Virus record (IMG/VR): IMGVR_UViG_2617270943_000002
Span: 1-36,815 of that record
Source: a virus
Taxonomy: Duplodnaviria; Heunggongvirae; Uroviricota; Caudoviricetes
Length of the DNA: 36,815 nucleotides
Direction: 5' to 3' (one strand)
Positions 8,842 through 18,004 of this stretch are shown one piece after another. The notes below the pieces were generated by a model, which was not told where the DNA came from, made no database searches, and worked only from the letters and a program-made list of their open reading frames with translations. Position 1 is the stretch's first letter, and each line of letters begins with the position of its first letter. A program made the translations under genes and the position numbers.

Positions 8842-9405
8842 ATGAGGCTAACCGTGGGTAAGTATCACTGGAAAGTAGAAAAACAGCCTGAGTGGTACGT
8901 GAAAGCTGTCAGAAAAACTATCGCAGCGTTGCCGGGTGGTTACGCTGAAGCAGCTGACTGGCTGGATGTAACAGAGAACGCATTATTTAACCGCCTTCGT
9001 GCCTATGGCGATCAGATTTTCCCGCTGGGATGGGCAATGGTTTTACAGCGCGCGGCTGGCACTCACTACATTGCGGATGCTGTCGCACAGTCTGCTGGTG
9101 GGGTGTTCGTATCGCTTCCTGAAATTGAGGAAGTAGAGAACGCCGATATAAACCAGCGCCTGCTGGAAGTCATTGAACAGATCGGCAGTTATTCAAAACA
9201 GATTCATTCAGCAATTGAAGACGGTGTAGTGGAACCGAATGAGAAGACAGCAATTAACGACGAGCTGTACCTCTCAATTTCGAAGCTGCAGGAGCATGCA
9301 GCACTGGTCTACAAAATTTTTTGCATTTCAGAAAGTAATGACGCCCGCGAGTGTGCAGCTCCGGGCGCCGTGGCGTGTCGTGACTGTGGAGAAACTAACG
9401 CATGA
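8842..9405 (+). CDS. Hypothetical protein at the cII position (187 aa); possible regulatory protein
   Basis: ORF directly downstream of cro; no motif recognised with certainty. Confidence 0.45.
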   Translation: MRLTVGKYHWKVEKQPEWYVKAVRKTIAALPGGYAEAADWLDVTENALFNRLRAYGDQIFPLGWAMVLQRAAGTHYIADAVAQSAGGVFVSLPEIEEVENADINQRLLEVIEQIGSYSKQIHSAIEDGVVEPNEKTAINDELYLSISKLQEHAALVYKIFCISESNDARECAAPGAVACRDCGETNA

Positions 9406-9740
9406 ACAGTTTAACAACACACTACCGTCGCTCGCAACTGATTGCGCTTCCTGTACCGGGTGGAAAAGCGAAGGTGGAGTATTGCTATGCAGTAAATGTA
9501 CCAGGTGACAGGGAAATTGTAACCCACAGCTTTGCAGAGTGGGCTGTGGGTGATTTCAACCGGCAGAAGGAGACAGTCCTTTGCGACAAGTTAACCGCTG
9601 GTTCAAAGATCACTACGGAGTGCCCGTCAGAGTCATTCGTTGGGAGCCGGAAACACAACGAGTTATCTACCTCCGCGAAGGCTATGAGCATGAGTGCTTC
9701 AGCCCGCTCGAACAGTTTCGTCGTAAATTCAGGGAAATAG
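9402..9740 (+). CDS. Hypothetical protein (112 aa)
   Basis: ORF overlapping the upstream stop by 4 nt; no recognisable motif; low confidence that it is expressed. Confidence 0.3.
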   Translation: MNSLTTHYRRSQLIALPVPGGKAKVEYCYAVNVPGDREIVTHSFAEWAVGDFNRQKETVLCDKLTAGSKITTECPSESFVGSRKHNELSTSAKAMSMSASARSNSFVVNSGK

Positions 9741-9749
9741 AGGTCGGTC

Positions 9750-10691
9750 ATGAGCACTAAATTAACCGGCTATGTATGGGATGGTTGCGCTGCATCAGGC
9801 ATGAAATTATCCAGCGTGGCAATTATGGCCCGCCTGGCTGATTTCAGTAATGACGAAGGTGTGTGCTGGCCATCAATTGAAACTATTGCCCGTCAGATTG
9901 GCGCGGGGATGAGTACCGTCAGGACGGCTATCGCACGGCTGGAAGCAGAAGGCTGGTTAACGCGTAAGGCGCGTCGCCAGGGTAACCGCAATGCGTCGAA
10001 TGTTTATCAGCTTAACGTTGCGAAGCTTCAGGCAGCGGCATTTTCTCAACTGTCAGATTCTGACCCGTCAAAATCTGACGCATCAAAATCTGACCCGTCA
10101 AAATTTGATGCGTCGAAATCTGGCAAAAAAGCGGGTTTTCACCCGTCAGAATCTGGCGGGGATCCGTCAGTAAAATCAAAACATGATCCGTTAGATAAAA
10201 AACCTTCTCGTCCGGACGCTTCGCAACCGGACACGCAGACGGATGAACAGGATTTTTTAACTCGCCATCCTGATGCGGTTGTATTCAGCCCTAAAAAGCG
10301 CCAGTGGGGAACGCAGGATGATTTGACCTGCGCACAGTGGCTCTGGAAAAAAATCATTGCCCTGTACGAGCAGGCCGCCGAATGTGACGGCGAGGTGGTT
10401 CGTCCCAAAGAACCGAACTGGACAGCATGGGCAAACGAAATTCGCCTGATGTGTGTGCAGGATGGTCGTACTCACAAACAAATCTGCGAGATGTACAGCC
10501 GCGTCAGCCGCGATCCGTTCTGGTGCCGTAACGTGCTCAGCCCGTCGAAGTTGCGGGAAAAATGGGATGAGCTTTCCCTGCGCTTATCGCCGTCCGTCAG
10601 CACGCACACAGAAAAACGTGAAGACCCGTACTTCAAAGCCAGTTACGACAACGTGGACTACAGCCAGATCCCGGCAGGATTCAGGGGGTGA
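9750..10691 (+). CDS. Replication initiation protein, O-like (N-terminal HTH, internal iteron-encoded linker, C-terminal DnaT-like region)
   Basis: 313 aa; the central region encodes the pentapeptide repeats SDPSK/SDASK/SDPSK/FDASK from 15-bp DNA iterons; position equivalent to lambda O. Confidence 0.65.
   Translation: MSTKLTGYVWDGCAASGMKLSSVAIMARLADFSNDEGVCWPSIETIARQIGAGMSTVRTAIARLEAEGWLTRKARRQGNRNASNVYQLNVAKLQAAAFSQLSDSDPSKSDASKSDPSKFDASKSGKKAGFHPSESGGDPSVKSKHDPLDKKPSRPDASQPDTQTDEQDFLTRHPDAVVFSPKKRQWGTQDDLTCAQWLWKKIIALYEQAAECDGEVVRPKEPNWTAWANEIRLMCVQDGRTHKQICEMYSRVSRDPFWCRNVLSPSKLREKWDELSLRLSPSVSTHTEKREDPYFKASYDNVDYSQIPAGFRG
10059..10118 (+). repeat. Four tandem 15-bp iterons (TCTGACCCGTCAAAA-like) inside the O-like gene; putative phage origin of replication
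   Basis: TCTGACCCGTCAAAA / TCTGACGCATCAAAA / TCTGACCCGTCAAAA / TTTGATGCGTCGAAA read directly; degenerate copies flank both sides (about 10050-10170). Confidence 0.6.
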
Positions 10692-11182
10692 TCATGAGTC
10701 TTTTGAATGACGTTCAGAAATTCATTGAAGCCCATCCGGGCTGTACTTCCGGAGACATTGCGGATGCTTTTGCAGGTTACTCACGGCAGCGCGTTCTGCA
10801 GTCAGCAAGCAAGTTACGTCAGAGTGGGCGTGTGGCTCACCGTTGTGAAGGAGATACACGCAGACATTTCCCGCGCCTGACTGAGAGAGCGCAGGAGCCG
10901 GAACCACAACCTGTTCGTGAAACCAGACCTGTGCGCAATTTCTATGTCGGCACTAACGATCCCCGGGTGATTTTGTGCCTGATCCGCCAGGCTGAAGAGC
11001 TAGAGTCCAGGGGCTTATACCGTCGTGCTGCAACCGTGTGGATGGCGGCATTCCGTGAAAGCCACTCCCAGCCAGAACGAAACAATTTTCTGGCGCATCG
11101 TGAACGGTGCTTACGGAAAAGCAGCAAGCGCGCTGCATCGGGTGAAGAGTGGTATCTGTCAGGGAATTACGTGGGGGCTTAA
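10688..11182 (+). CDS. PerC/ANR-like putative transcriptional regulator (164 aa)
   Basis: Contains ...RGLYRRAATVWMAAFRES... resembling the W/RRAA motif of PerC-type proteins; assignment tentative. Confidence 0.4.
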   Translation: MIMSLLNDVQKFIEAHPGCTSGDIADAFAGYSRQRVLQSASKLRQSGRVAHRCEGDTRRHFPRLTERAQEPEPQPVRETRPVRNFYVGTNDPRVILCLIRQAEELESRGLYRRAATVWMAAFRESHSQPERNNFLAHRERCLRKSSKRAASGEEWYLSGNYVGA

Positions 11183-11508
11183 TGACGACGTTAACTCAAT
11201 GCCAGCAGCAGGTGCTGGATATGCTGATTTCTTATCAGAAAGAACGTGGCTTCCCGCCAACCAATCAGGAGGTGGCAACCATGCTGGGATACCGTTCAGT
11301 GAATGCAGCGGTGGAGCATCTTCGCGCACTGGAGAAAAAAGGCGTCATCACGATAAAGCGTGGCGTGGCCCGGGGGATAACGCTTCATACCGCGGTGAAG
11401 GACGACGACAGCGAGGCGGTCGGGATTATCCGCTCACTGCTTGCCGGTGAGGAAAACGCAAGGCTGCGTGCAACCCACTGGTTACATGAGAGAGGCCTGA
11501 AAGCATGA
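11182..11508 (+). CDS. LexA N-terminal DNA-binding-domain-like protein lacking a peptidase domain (108 aa)
   Basis: MTTLTQCQQQVLDMLISYQKERGFPPTNQEVATMLGYRSVNAAVEHLRALEKKGVITIKRGVARGI closely parallels the LexA winged-helix domain; ATG overlaps the upstream stop (TAATG). Confidence 0.6.
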   Translation: MTTLTQCQQQVLDMLISYQKERGFPPTNQEVATMLGYRSVNAAVEHLRALEKKGVITIKRGVARGITLHTAVKDDDSEAVGIIRSLLAGEENARLRATHWLHERGLKA

Positions 11509-11894
11509 AGCTGATCCTGCCTTTTCCGCCCAGCGTGAACACGTACTGGCGACACCCCAACAAAGGGGCGTTTGCAGGTAAGAGCCTGATAAGCGCGGCG
11601 GGGCGAAAATTCCAGAGCGCGGCGTGTGCAGCAATAGTTGAGCAGTTACGTCGTCTGCCAAAACCAACGTCGGCACCTGCTTCAGTGGAGATCGTGTTGT
11701 TTCCTCCGGATAACCGGATCCGCGATCTGGACAACTATAACAAGGCGCTGTTTGACGCCCTGACCCACGCGGGTGTGTGGGAGGACGACAGTCAGGTGAA
11801 AAGAATGCTGGTTGAGTGGGGACCGGTTATCCCGAAAGGGAAGGTCGAGATCACTATCAGTAAGTATGAGAAACCGGCGGGTGCAGCCGCCTGA
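11505..11894 (+). CDS. rusA: RusA-family Holliday junction resolvase
   Basis: LPFPPSVNTYWRH... and DLDNYNKALFDALT motifs characteristic of RusA. Confidence 0.8.
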   Translation: MKLILPFPPSVNTYWRHPNKGAFAGKSLISAAGRKFQSAACAAIVEQLRRLPKPTSAPASVEIVLFPPDNRIRDLDNYNKALFDALTHAGVWEDDSQVKRMLVEWGPVIPKGKVEITISKYEKPAGAAA

Positions 11895-11913
11895 TTAAGA
11901 GGAGAAACGAAGT

Positions 11914-12723
11914 ATGAATAATCTGATGGTCATTGATGGTATTGAAGTTCGTCGTGATGCTTATGGGCGTTACAGCCTGAACGATCTGCATCGCGCAGCA
12001 GTAGCATCTGGTGCAAATGCCAGAACCAAGGAGCCGGGAAAGTTTCTTTCCAGCCAACAAACTGTTGAGCTTGTTCATGAATTGACCAACACCCAGAATT
12101 TGGGTGTTGACCCGGTGAGTGTGATTCATGGGGGAAATGAACGGGGAACGTATGTCTGCAAGGAACTGGTGTATGCCTATGCAATGTGGATCAGCCCGTC
12201 ATTCCATCTGAAGGTGATCCGTACTTTCGATATGGTAACCAGCGCACCGGAAAAATTATCCGGACAGGCTGCTGACAAGATGCAGGCTGGCGTGATCCTG
12301 CTGGACTTTATGCGCCGGGAGTTAAACCTGTCTAACTCTTCAGTGCTTGGTGCCTGTCAGAAACTCCAGGAGGCTGTTGGCTTACCGAATCTGGCACCGC
12401 GCTATGCCATTGATGCTCCTGCTGACGCGCCTGATGGCTCAAGCCGCCCCACGCTATCATTGAGTGCACTGCTGAAGCAGTATGGTATCCGCCTGACAGC
12501 TAATCAGGCATATCACCAGATGGCGAAGCTGGGGATCGTTGAACAACGTGAACGATACAGCCGCACTGCGATTAACAACATCAAAAAATTCTGGTCGCTG
12601 ACGGCGAAAGGCTGCATGTTCGGCAAGAACATCACCAGTCCCGCAAATCCGCGCGAGACGCAGCCGCATTTCTTCGAATCCCGATTCCCTGAGCTGTTAA
12701 AGCTGCTCGATACCGTTCATTGA
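11914..12723 (+). CDS. KilA-N domain protein (antirepressor-like)
   Basis: N-terminal KilA-N-like region (RYSLNDLHRA..., GTYVCKELVYAYAMWISPSFHLKV). Confidence 0.6.
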   Translation: MNNLMVIDGIEVRRDAYGRYSLNDLHRAAVASGANARTKEPGKFLSSQQTVELVHELTNTQNLGVDPVSVIHGGNERGTYVCKELVYAYAMWISPSFHLKVIRTFDMVTSAPEKLSGQAADKMQAGVILLDFMRRELNLSNSSVLGACQKLQEAVGLPNLAPRYAIDAPADAPDGSSRPTLSLSALLKQYGIRLTANQAYHQMAKLGIVEQRERYSRTAINNIKKFWSLTAKGCMFGKNITSPANPRETQPHFFESRFPELLKLLDTVH

Positions 12724-12724
12724 G

Positions 12725-13720
12725 GTGACCGTGAGAGCACTACTGACCCCTGAAATTGCCCCGCGTATGGGGATCGTATTGTTCAGACCAGGTTCAGAGC
12801 TGATGCCCTTGTTTATGCAGGGGCGTGTCTTGCTGGAGCCTGAGCCGGAACGTTATTCATCTTTCGCCAGTGGTGCCGTTCCGGCGGCATCACAACCGCT
12901 GGCGGATGATCCTGCCGTTCGGGCCGTGTTCCGCAATGAGGCAGTGATCCGTCGTGCTGGTGGCGTGGAATGTCTTGAAAGCTGGTTACTTCGTGAAAAA
13001 GGCTGCCAGTGGCCTCATTCCGACTGGCACAGCGAGAACATGACAACAATGCGACACGCTCCGGGCGCAATCCGTTTGTGCTGGCACTGCGATAACCAGC
13101 TGCGCGATCAGTTCACGGAACGGCTGGAATCAATGGCAACGGATAACAGTGCCCGCTGGGTGTTGTCTGTTGTGCGTCGGGATCTCGGTTTTGATGACAG
13201 TCATGTTGTGACAATGCCGGAACTGTGCTGGTGGCTGATTCGTAATGATCTGGCGGATGCCTTACCGGAAAGTGCAGCCCGTAAGGCACTGAGATTACCG
13301 AAGCCTGTTGTGCCGTCTGTTACCCGGGAAAGTGACCTTGTGCCTTCGGTTCCTGCCACCAGCATCATCCAGGATAAGGCGAAAAAGGTGCTGGCGCTGA
13401 AAGTGGATCCGGAGTCGCCGGAGTCTTTTATGTTACGCCCCAAACGTCGCCGCTGGGTTAATGAAAAGTACACGCGATGGGTTAAGACGCAGCCGTGCGC
13501 ATGTTGTGGAAAACCTGCTGATGATCCCCACCACCTGATAGGTCACGGTCAGGGTGGAATGGCTACAAAAGCGCATGACCTCTTTGTGTTGCCTTTGTGC
13601 AGAAAGCATCACGACGAGCTGCATGCGGATACCGTGGCATTTGAAGAGAAGTATGGCTCCCAGCTGGAGCTGATATTTCGTTTTATCGATCGTGCACTGG
13701 CAATTGGCGTGCTGGCCTGA
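12725..13720 (+). CDS. DUF968-like protein with C-terminal HNH-type zinc-finger motif (331 aa; start uncertain)
   Basis: C-terminal CACCGKPADDPHHLIGHGQGG...CRKHHDELH; possible starts at GTG 12725/12731 or ATG 12767. Confidence 0.55.
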   Translation: MTVRALLTPEIAPRMGIVLFRPGSELMPLFMQGRVLLEPEPERYSSFASGAVPAASQPLADDPAVRAVFRNEAVIRRAGGVECLESWLLREKGCQWPHSDWHSENMTTMRHAPGAIRLCWHCDNQLRDQFTERLESMATDNSARWVLSVVRRDLGFDDSHVVTMPELCWWLIRNDLADALPESAARKALRLPKPVVPSVTRESDLVPSVPATSIIQDKAKKVLALKVDPESPESFMLRPKRRRWVNEKYTRWVKTQPCACCGKPADDPHHLIGHGQGGMATKAHDLFVLPLCRKHHDELHADTVAFEEKYGSQLELIFRFIDRALAIGVLA

Positions 13721-13737
13721 TTTTGTGGAGAAAGTTG

Positions 13738-14079
13738 ATGCGTGATATGTATGAAGTATTGGACCGCTGGGGTGCATGGGCTGCAGCAGATAACAGTGGT
13801 GTGGACTGGCAGCCTGTTGCTGCAGGGTTTAAAGGTTTACTACCTCATGGAAAGAAAACACGCCAACAATGCGATGATGATGAAGGAATCATGATTGACA
13901 GCTGTGTTGCGCGATTGCGGAAATATAAGCCCGAAGAGTATGAGTTGGTTATTGCTCATTTTGTTATCGGCATCTCACTAAGAACTATTGCAAAGAAGCA
14001 GAAGTGTTCTGATGGGACAATAAGAAAAGAGTTGCAAACAGCTCTTGGTTTTCTGGATGGTGTGCTTTCAATGTTGTAA
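13738..14079 (+). CDS. Q: Late-gene antitermination protein Q-like (113 aa)
   Basis: ATG 13738 with GGAGAAAG RBS; small protein at the canonical position upstream of the lysis region. Confidence 0.6.
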   Translation: MRDMYEVLDRWGAWAAADNSGVDWQPVAAGFKGLLPHGKKTRQQCDDDEGIMIDSCVARLRKYKPEEYELVIAHFVIGISLRTIAKKQKCSDGTIRKELQTALGFLDGVLSML

Positions 14080-14084
14080 TATTA

Positions 14085-14108
14085 GGGGGAATTACCCCCC
14101 TTTTTTTC
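14085..14108 (+). terminator. Hairpin plus T-run immediately after Q (GGGGG-AATTA-CCCCCC-TTTTTTT); overlaps the 3' end of the convergent membrane-protein gene
   Basis: Perfect G5/C5-6 stem with a 7-T run read directly. Confidence 0.55.
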
Positions 14109-14640
14109 TCTGTTGCTTTAATAAAATTTTAATGTTTTGTCTGATTATGATGAGGCAATGTAATAAAAGAAATACCGTTAGTATTGCAAGCCATACGCAA
14201 AATAAGCATGCATATAAATTAGTTGAAAGTCCAATAGTGAATTGTGCAATTGCTGTTGTGATAGAACATAATATTGATGTATTAATAAATGAGGATAAAT
14301 TGTCTAAAGGTTTATAAAGTACACTATCATTGATTTTGTCAATAGGTATACCAGTGGCAATGCTATAAATTTCCTTATATTCCTGAGTTGCAAAAACCTT
14401 ATCGCGTAAATTTATTATGACAAAGGTATGCAGGCTCAATAAAAATGAGCCCACGGAAATAAAACCGGAGAAGAGATAGCCTCGTAAGTTTTTATGATAA
14501 AAATCAAAAAAGTTAACACTTACTTTAGGTGTGTTTCTGTACAATAGGTAAAGTGCAAGCAATGCCAGGATCGAGAATGCAAGCAGTGTAAGGTACTGAT
14601 ACCTCAATCTTTTATTTATTAGCCATTCATATAAAGGCAT
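14092..14640 (-). CDS. AT-rich predicted inner-membrane protein with about 4 TM helices (182 aa); function unknown
   Basis: Hydrophobic segments YLTLLAFSILALLALYLLY, LFSGFISVGSFLLSLHTFVIINL, ILCSITTAIAQFTIGL, LYACLFCVWLAILTVFLLLHCLIII; start overlaps the upstream gene by 14 nt. Confidence 0.75.
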   Translation of the reverse strand: MPLYEWLINKRLRYQYLTLLAFSILALLALYLLYRNTPKVSVNFFDFYHKNLRGYLFSGFISVGSFLLSLHTFVIINLRDKVFATQEYKEIYSIATGIPIDKINDSVLYKPLDNLSSFINTSILCSITTAIAQFTIGLSTNLYACLFCVWLAILTVFLLLHCLIIIRQNIKILLKQQRKKGG

Positions 14641-15553
14641 TTTTATTCGTCCCGTTCAGCATTTCTTCTTTTATCATATCAAAAACAGGGTTTGTTGTAT
14701 AATTATCGTTTGTCAATCCATTGACTTTATCGGCAATTATATCGAAATCGTATGTTTCAAAAAAAACAGGGCAGTTCATAAAATCAATGGTTTTTTCTAT
14801 TCCTGCATGGTTTACTGCAATAACCTGTGCTTTAGCAACTCCACTCATAGAATTATAAATATTTGAAAGATTCTGAGATAGTTGTTGCACTTTTGTTCTG
14901 TCGCTAGAATTAAAATTCATATCTATTGTGGTAGTGTTAACAAATTGTTCAAGCGCAGTCATTGGTCCACCTTTAAAATCTATATAATTAAATTTAAAGC
15001 TTGTGCTTTTAATCTCTTTGAATTGACATAAAACACTCTGAATGTTGTTTTTATTTGTCATAAGGCTGAAAGTCAGTCTTTCTTTGTATTTTTTATTTAT
15101 TGCAGTTACTTCTTTTTGTTTTGGTTTATCACCAAGTTTTTTTATTTCTTCTTTATTTTGATTTCTGATAAATTCATTACTTATTGTTTCTAAATGAGAA
15201 AAGAGAGTGTTCAGACTGCATGACCCGTGGTGATACATATAGAGACCAGAAAGATTAGATTTTTTAATTAAGAAAAAGTTGAAATTAGCAAGTTTGTCAC
15301 TTCCTTGAAGATCTTCAATTTTAAGCTGGAATTTACCATCAACAAATTGCGACTTACAGTTCTTTTTTTGGTTTCTGAATGTGACAACTAATCCATAATA
15401 GAAATCATTCACATCCGAAATGAGAATTTTACGAGTATAGTCTGTGCGACTGTGTTCTCTGTTTGATGCGTTGATAAAAGCATTCATTACGTCAACGGTA
15501 TTAATATTTTTGTTATTGTTATTTATTGTAAATCCTATGCTTCTAACTTTCAT
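14627..15553 (-). CDS. AT-rich soluble protein (308 aa), no recognisable family; upstream partner of the membrane protein
   Basis: Long uninterrupted ORF, N/K-rich, in a low-GC island embedded in a high-GC phage backbone; translationally coupled to the downstream TM gene. Confidence 0.75.
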   Translation of the reverse strand: MKVRSIGFTINNNNKNINTVDVMNAFINASNREHSRTDYTRKILISDVNDFYYGLVVTFRNQKKNCKSQFVDGKFQLKIEDLQGSDKLANFNFFLIKKSNLSGLYMYHHGSCSLNTLFSHLETISNEFIRNQNKEEIKKLGDKPKQKEVTAINKKYKERLTFSLMTNKNNIQSVLCQFKEIKSTSFKFNYIDFKGGPMTALEQFVNTTTIDMNFNSSDRTKVQQLSQNLSNIYNSMSGVAKAQVIAVNHAGIEKTIDFMNCPVFFETYDFDIIADKVNGLTNDNYTTNPVFDMIKEEMLNGTNKNAFI

Positions 15554-15817
15554 GTGTATTCCAGGACCGACTAAAGTTAGCGAGAATGGGGACGCATAGT
15601 TTATAAAAATCCTAACGCGTACGCAAAAAGTATTATATCGTGTTAAGAGTGGTTACTTCGCCACACAACTTAAACCCGCCGCTGAGCGGTTTTTTTGTAC
15701 CTGTAAACCTTGTGCAGTACAGTAAACACGCTGGTGGTCGTGAATACTGGCTTTTTATCTTGCTGGCTTTTTAGACAAGAGTTATTGGTATGTCATGTTA
15801 ACCAGAAGGGAAAAGAC

Positions 15818-16021
15818 ATGCTAAAACAGCAAGATATGACAGAAACCGCCGCCGCAGTCCTTCATTTCTTACCTGCTGACAAGTGGGTAACGCCACGCAT
15901 GATGACGAGAACTACCGGAGTAAGCGAAGCCAGGTGCCAGTTAATACTGACTCAGTTAGTTCTGGCGGGTCTGGCGAAGGATAACGGCGGGTACGGGAAT
16001 AAATTCAGACGCTGCCAGTAA
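15818..16021 (+). CDS. Small putative winged-helix DNA-binding protein (67 aa)
   Basis: ATG 15818 (MLKQQDMTETAAAVLHFLPADKWVTPRMMTRTTGVSEARCQLILTQLVLAGLAKDNG...); tentative. Confidence 0.3.
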   Translation: MLKQQDMTETAAAVLHFLPADKWVTPRMMTRTTGVSEARCQLILTQLVLAGLAKDNGGYGNKFRRCQ

Positions 16022-16171
16022 TGGCGGTTTCCTGCTGTGAAAATGGGCGGCTGGTGGGTGTTGGTAGCACCTGCCAGCCATTCGCTCATGCTTACTGGTC
16101 ACAAGCGAACCACGGCCCACTGCTTTAGCGCAAAAGCAGAGTGAGCCTACCAGAGTTACGCTTACTGATCC

Positions 16172-17224
16172 ATGAAAAATACTGTAAAAATAAACAGTGT
16201 TGATTTAATCAACGCTGATTGCCTGCATTTTATTCAGTCCCTGCCTGATGATTCCATTGACCTGATTGTTACCGATCCGCCTTACTTCAAGGTGAAACCT
16301 AACGGTTGGGACAATCAGTGGAAAGGGGACGAAGATTACCTTAAGTGGCTGGACCACTGTCTGGCCCAGTTCTGGCGGGTGTTAAAACCTGCCGGAAGCC
16401 TTTACCTGTTCTGTGGGCATCGCCTGGCATCTGATATTGAGATCATGATGCGTGAACGTTTCAACGTGCTTAACCATATCATCTGGGCGAAGCCGTCCGG
16501 ACGTTGGAATGGGTGTAATAAAGAAAGTCTGCGCGCATATTTTCCTGCCACAGAGCGCGTTCTGTTTGCTGAACATTACCAGGGGCCATATCGCGGCAAA
16601 AGTGACGGCTATGCGGCAAAAGAAAGGGAACTCAAACAGCACATAATGGCACCGCTGATATCGTATTTCAGGGATGCTCGTGCCGAACTAGGGATAACGG
16701 CAAAACAAATTGCCGAAGCCACAGGTAAGAAAAATATGGTTTCCCACTGGTTTGGTGCCAGTCAGTGGCAGTTGCCGAATGAGGCTGACTATCGGAAGTT
16801 ACAGGCACTGTTTTCCCGTATAGCGGCAGAGAAGTTTCAGGAACAACAACTGGAACAACCACACCACCAGCTGGTGGCGTCTTATGATTCACTGAATCGC
16901 AAATATTCTGAATTGCTGGATGAGTTTAAATCTCTCCGGCGCTATTTCTCCGTATCAGTCTCCGTGCCTTATACCGATGTCTGGATGCATAAACCCGTTC
17001 AGTTCTACCCGGGTAAACATCCGTGTGAGAAACCGGCGGATATGCTCAGGCAAATAATCAATGCCAGTAGTCGACCTGGTGATCTGGTTGCTGATTTTTT
17101 TATGGGATCCGGTTCCACAATAAAAGCAGCAATGGCGCTGGGGCGTCGGGCCTTAGGTGTTGAGCTTGAGTCAGAGCGGTTTAACCAGACAGTGAAAGAG
17201 ATAAACGAGCTGGTGGGGAAATAA
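16172..17224 (+). CDS. DNA methyltransferase (beta-class amino-MTase; DPPY motif precedes FxGxG SAM-binding motif); N6-adenine or N4-cytosine specific
   Basis: IVTDPPYF near the N-terminus and DFFMGSGST near the C-terminus. Confidence 0.8.
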
Positions 17225-17291
17225 TCTGGTGGCCACGTCAGGTGGCCTTTTTATTTCCATTACACAGCACCCGCATCTGCGAGGTGGGGTT

Positions 17292-17507
17292 ATGAAATCC
17301 ATGGATAAGTTAACAACGGGTGTCGCCTATGGCACCTCAGCAGGTAGTGCCGGGTACTGGTTTTTACAGTTGCTCGATAAAGTCACGCCCTCACAGTGGG
17401 CGGCAATAGGTGTGCTGGGTAGTCTGGTATTTGGCCTGCTGACGTACCTGACAAACCTTTATTTCAAGATTAAAGAAGATAAGCGCAAGGCTGCGAGAGG
17501 TGAATAA
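17292..17507 (+). CDS. S: Phage-21-type class II holin (pinholin S21-like)
   Basis: [71 protein letters not shown]; dual-start MKSM motif; RBS GAGGTGGGG. Confidence 0.8.
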
Positions 17508-18004
17508 TGCCTCCATCATTACGAAAAGCAGTTGCTGCTGCTATTGGTGGCGGAGCAATTGCTATAGCATCAGTGTTAATCACTGGCCCAAGTGGTGACG
17601 ATGGCCTGGAAGGTGTCAGCTACATACCATACAAAGATATCGTTGGCGTATGGACTGTATGTCACGGACACACCGGAAAAGACATCATACTCGGTAAAAC
17701 GTATACCGAAGCAGAATGCAAAGCCCTCCTGAATAAAGACCTTGCCACGGTTGCCAGACAAATTAACCCGTACATCAAAGTCGATATACCGGAAACAACG
17801 CGCGGCGCTCTTTACTCGTTCGTCTACAACGTGGGTGCTGGCAATTTCAGAACATCGACGCTTCTTCGCAAAATAAACCAGGGCGATATCAAAGGCGCAT
17901 GTGACCAGCTACGTCGCTGGATATACGCTGGCGGTAAGCAATGGAAAGGCCTGATGACTCGTCGTGAGATTGAGCGTGAAGTCTGTTTGTGGGGGCAGCA
18001 ATGA
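17507..18004 (+). CDS. R: SAR endolysin (T4-lysozyme-like glycosidase with N-terminal signal-anchor-release domain)
   Basis: Gly/Ala-rich weakly hydrophobic N-terminus [20 protein letters not shown] followed by an E...D...T catalytic arrangement ([20 protein letters not shown]); start overlaps the holin stop (TAATG). Confidence 0.8.
   Translation: MPPSLRKAVAAAIGGGAIAIASVLITGPSGDDGLEGVSYIPYKDIVGVWTVCHGHTGKDIILGKTYTEAECKALLNKDLATVARQINPYIKVDIPETTRGALYSFVYNVGAGNFRTSTLLRKINQGDIKGACDQLRRWIYAGGKQWKGLMTRREIEREVCLWGQQ

Noticed and set aside
15672-15700. Short hairpin CCGC-TGA-GCGG followed by a T7 run upstream of the methyltransferase region
   Set aside because: Stem is only 4-5 bp and there is no plus-strand gene immediately upstream to terminate; could be a remnant of the original late-region tR' but evidence is too weak to call.
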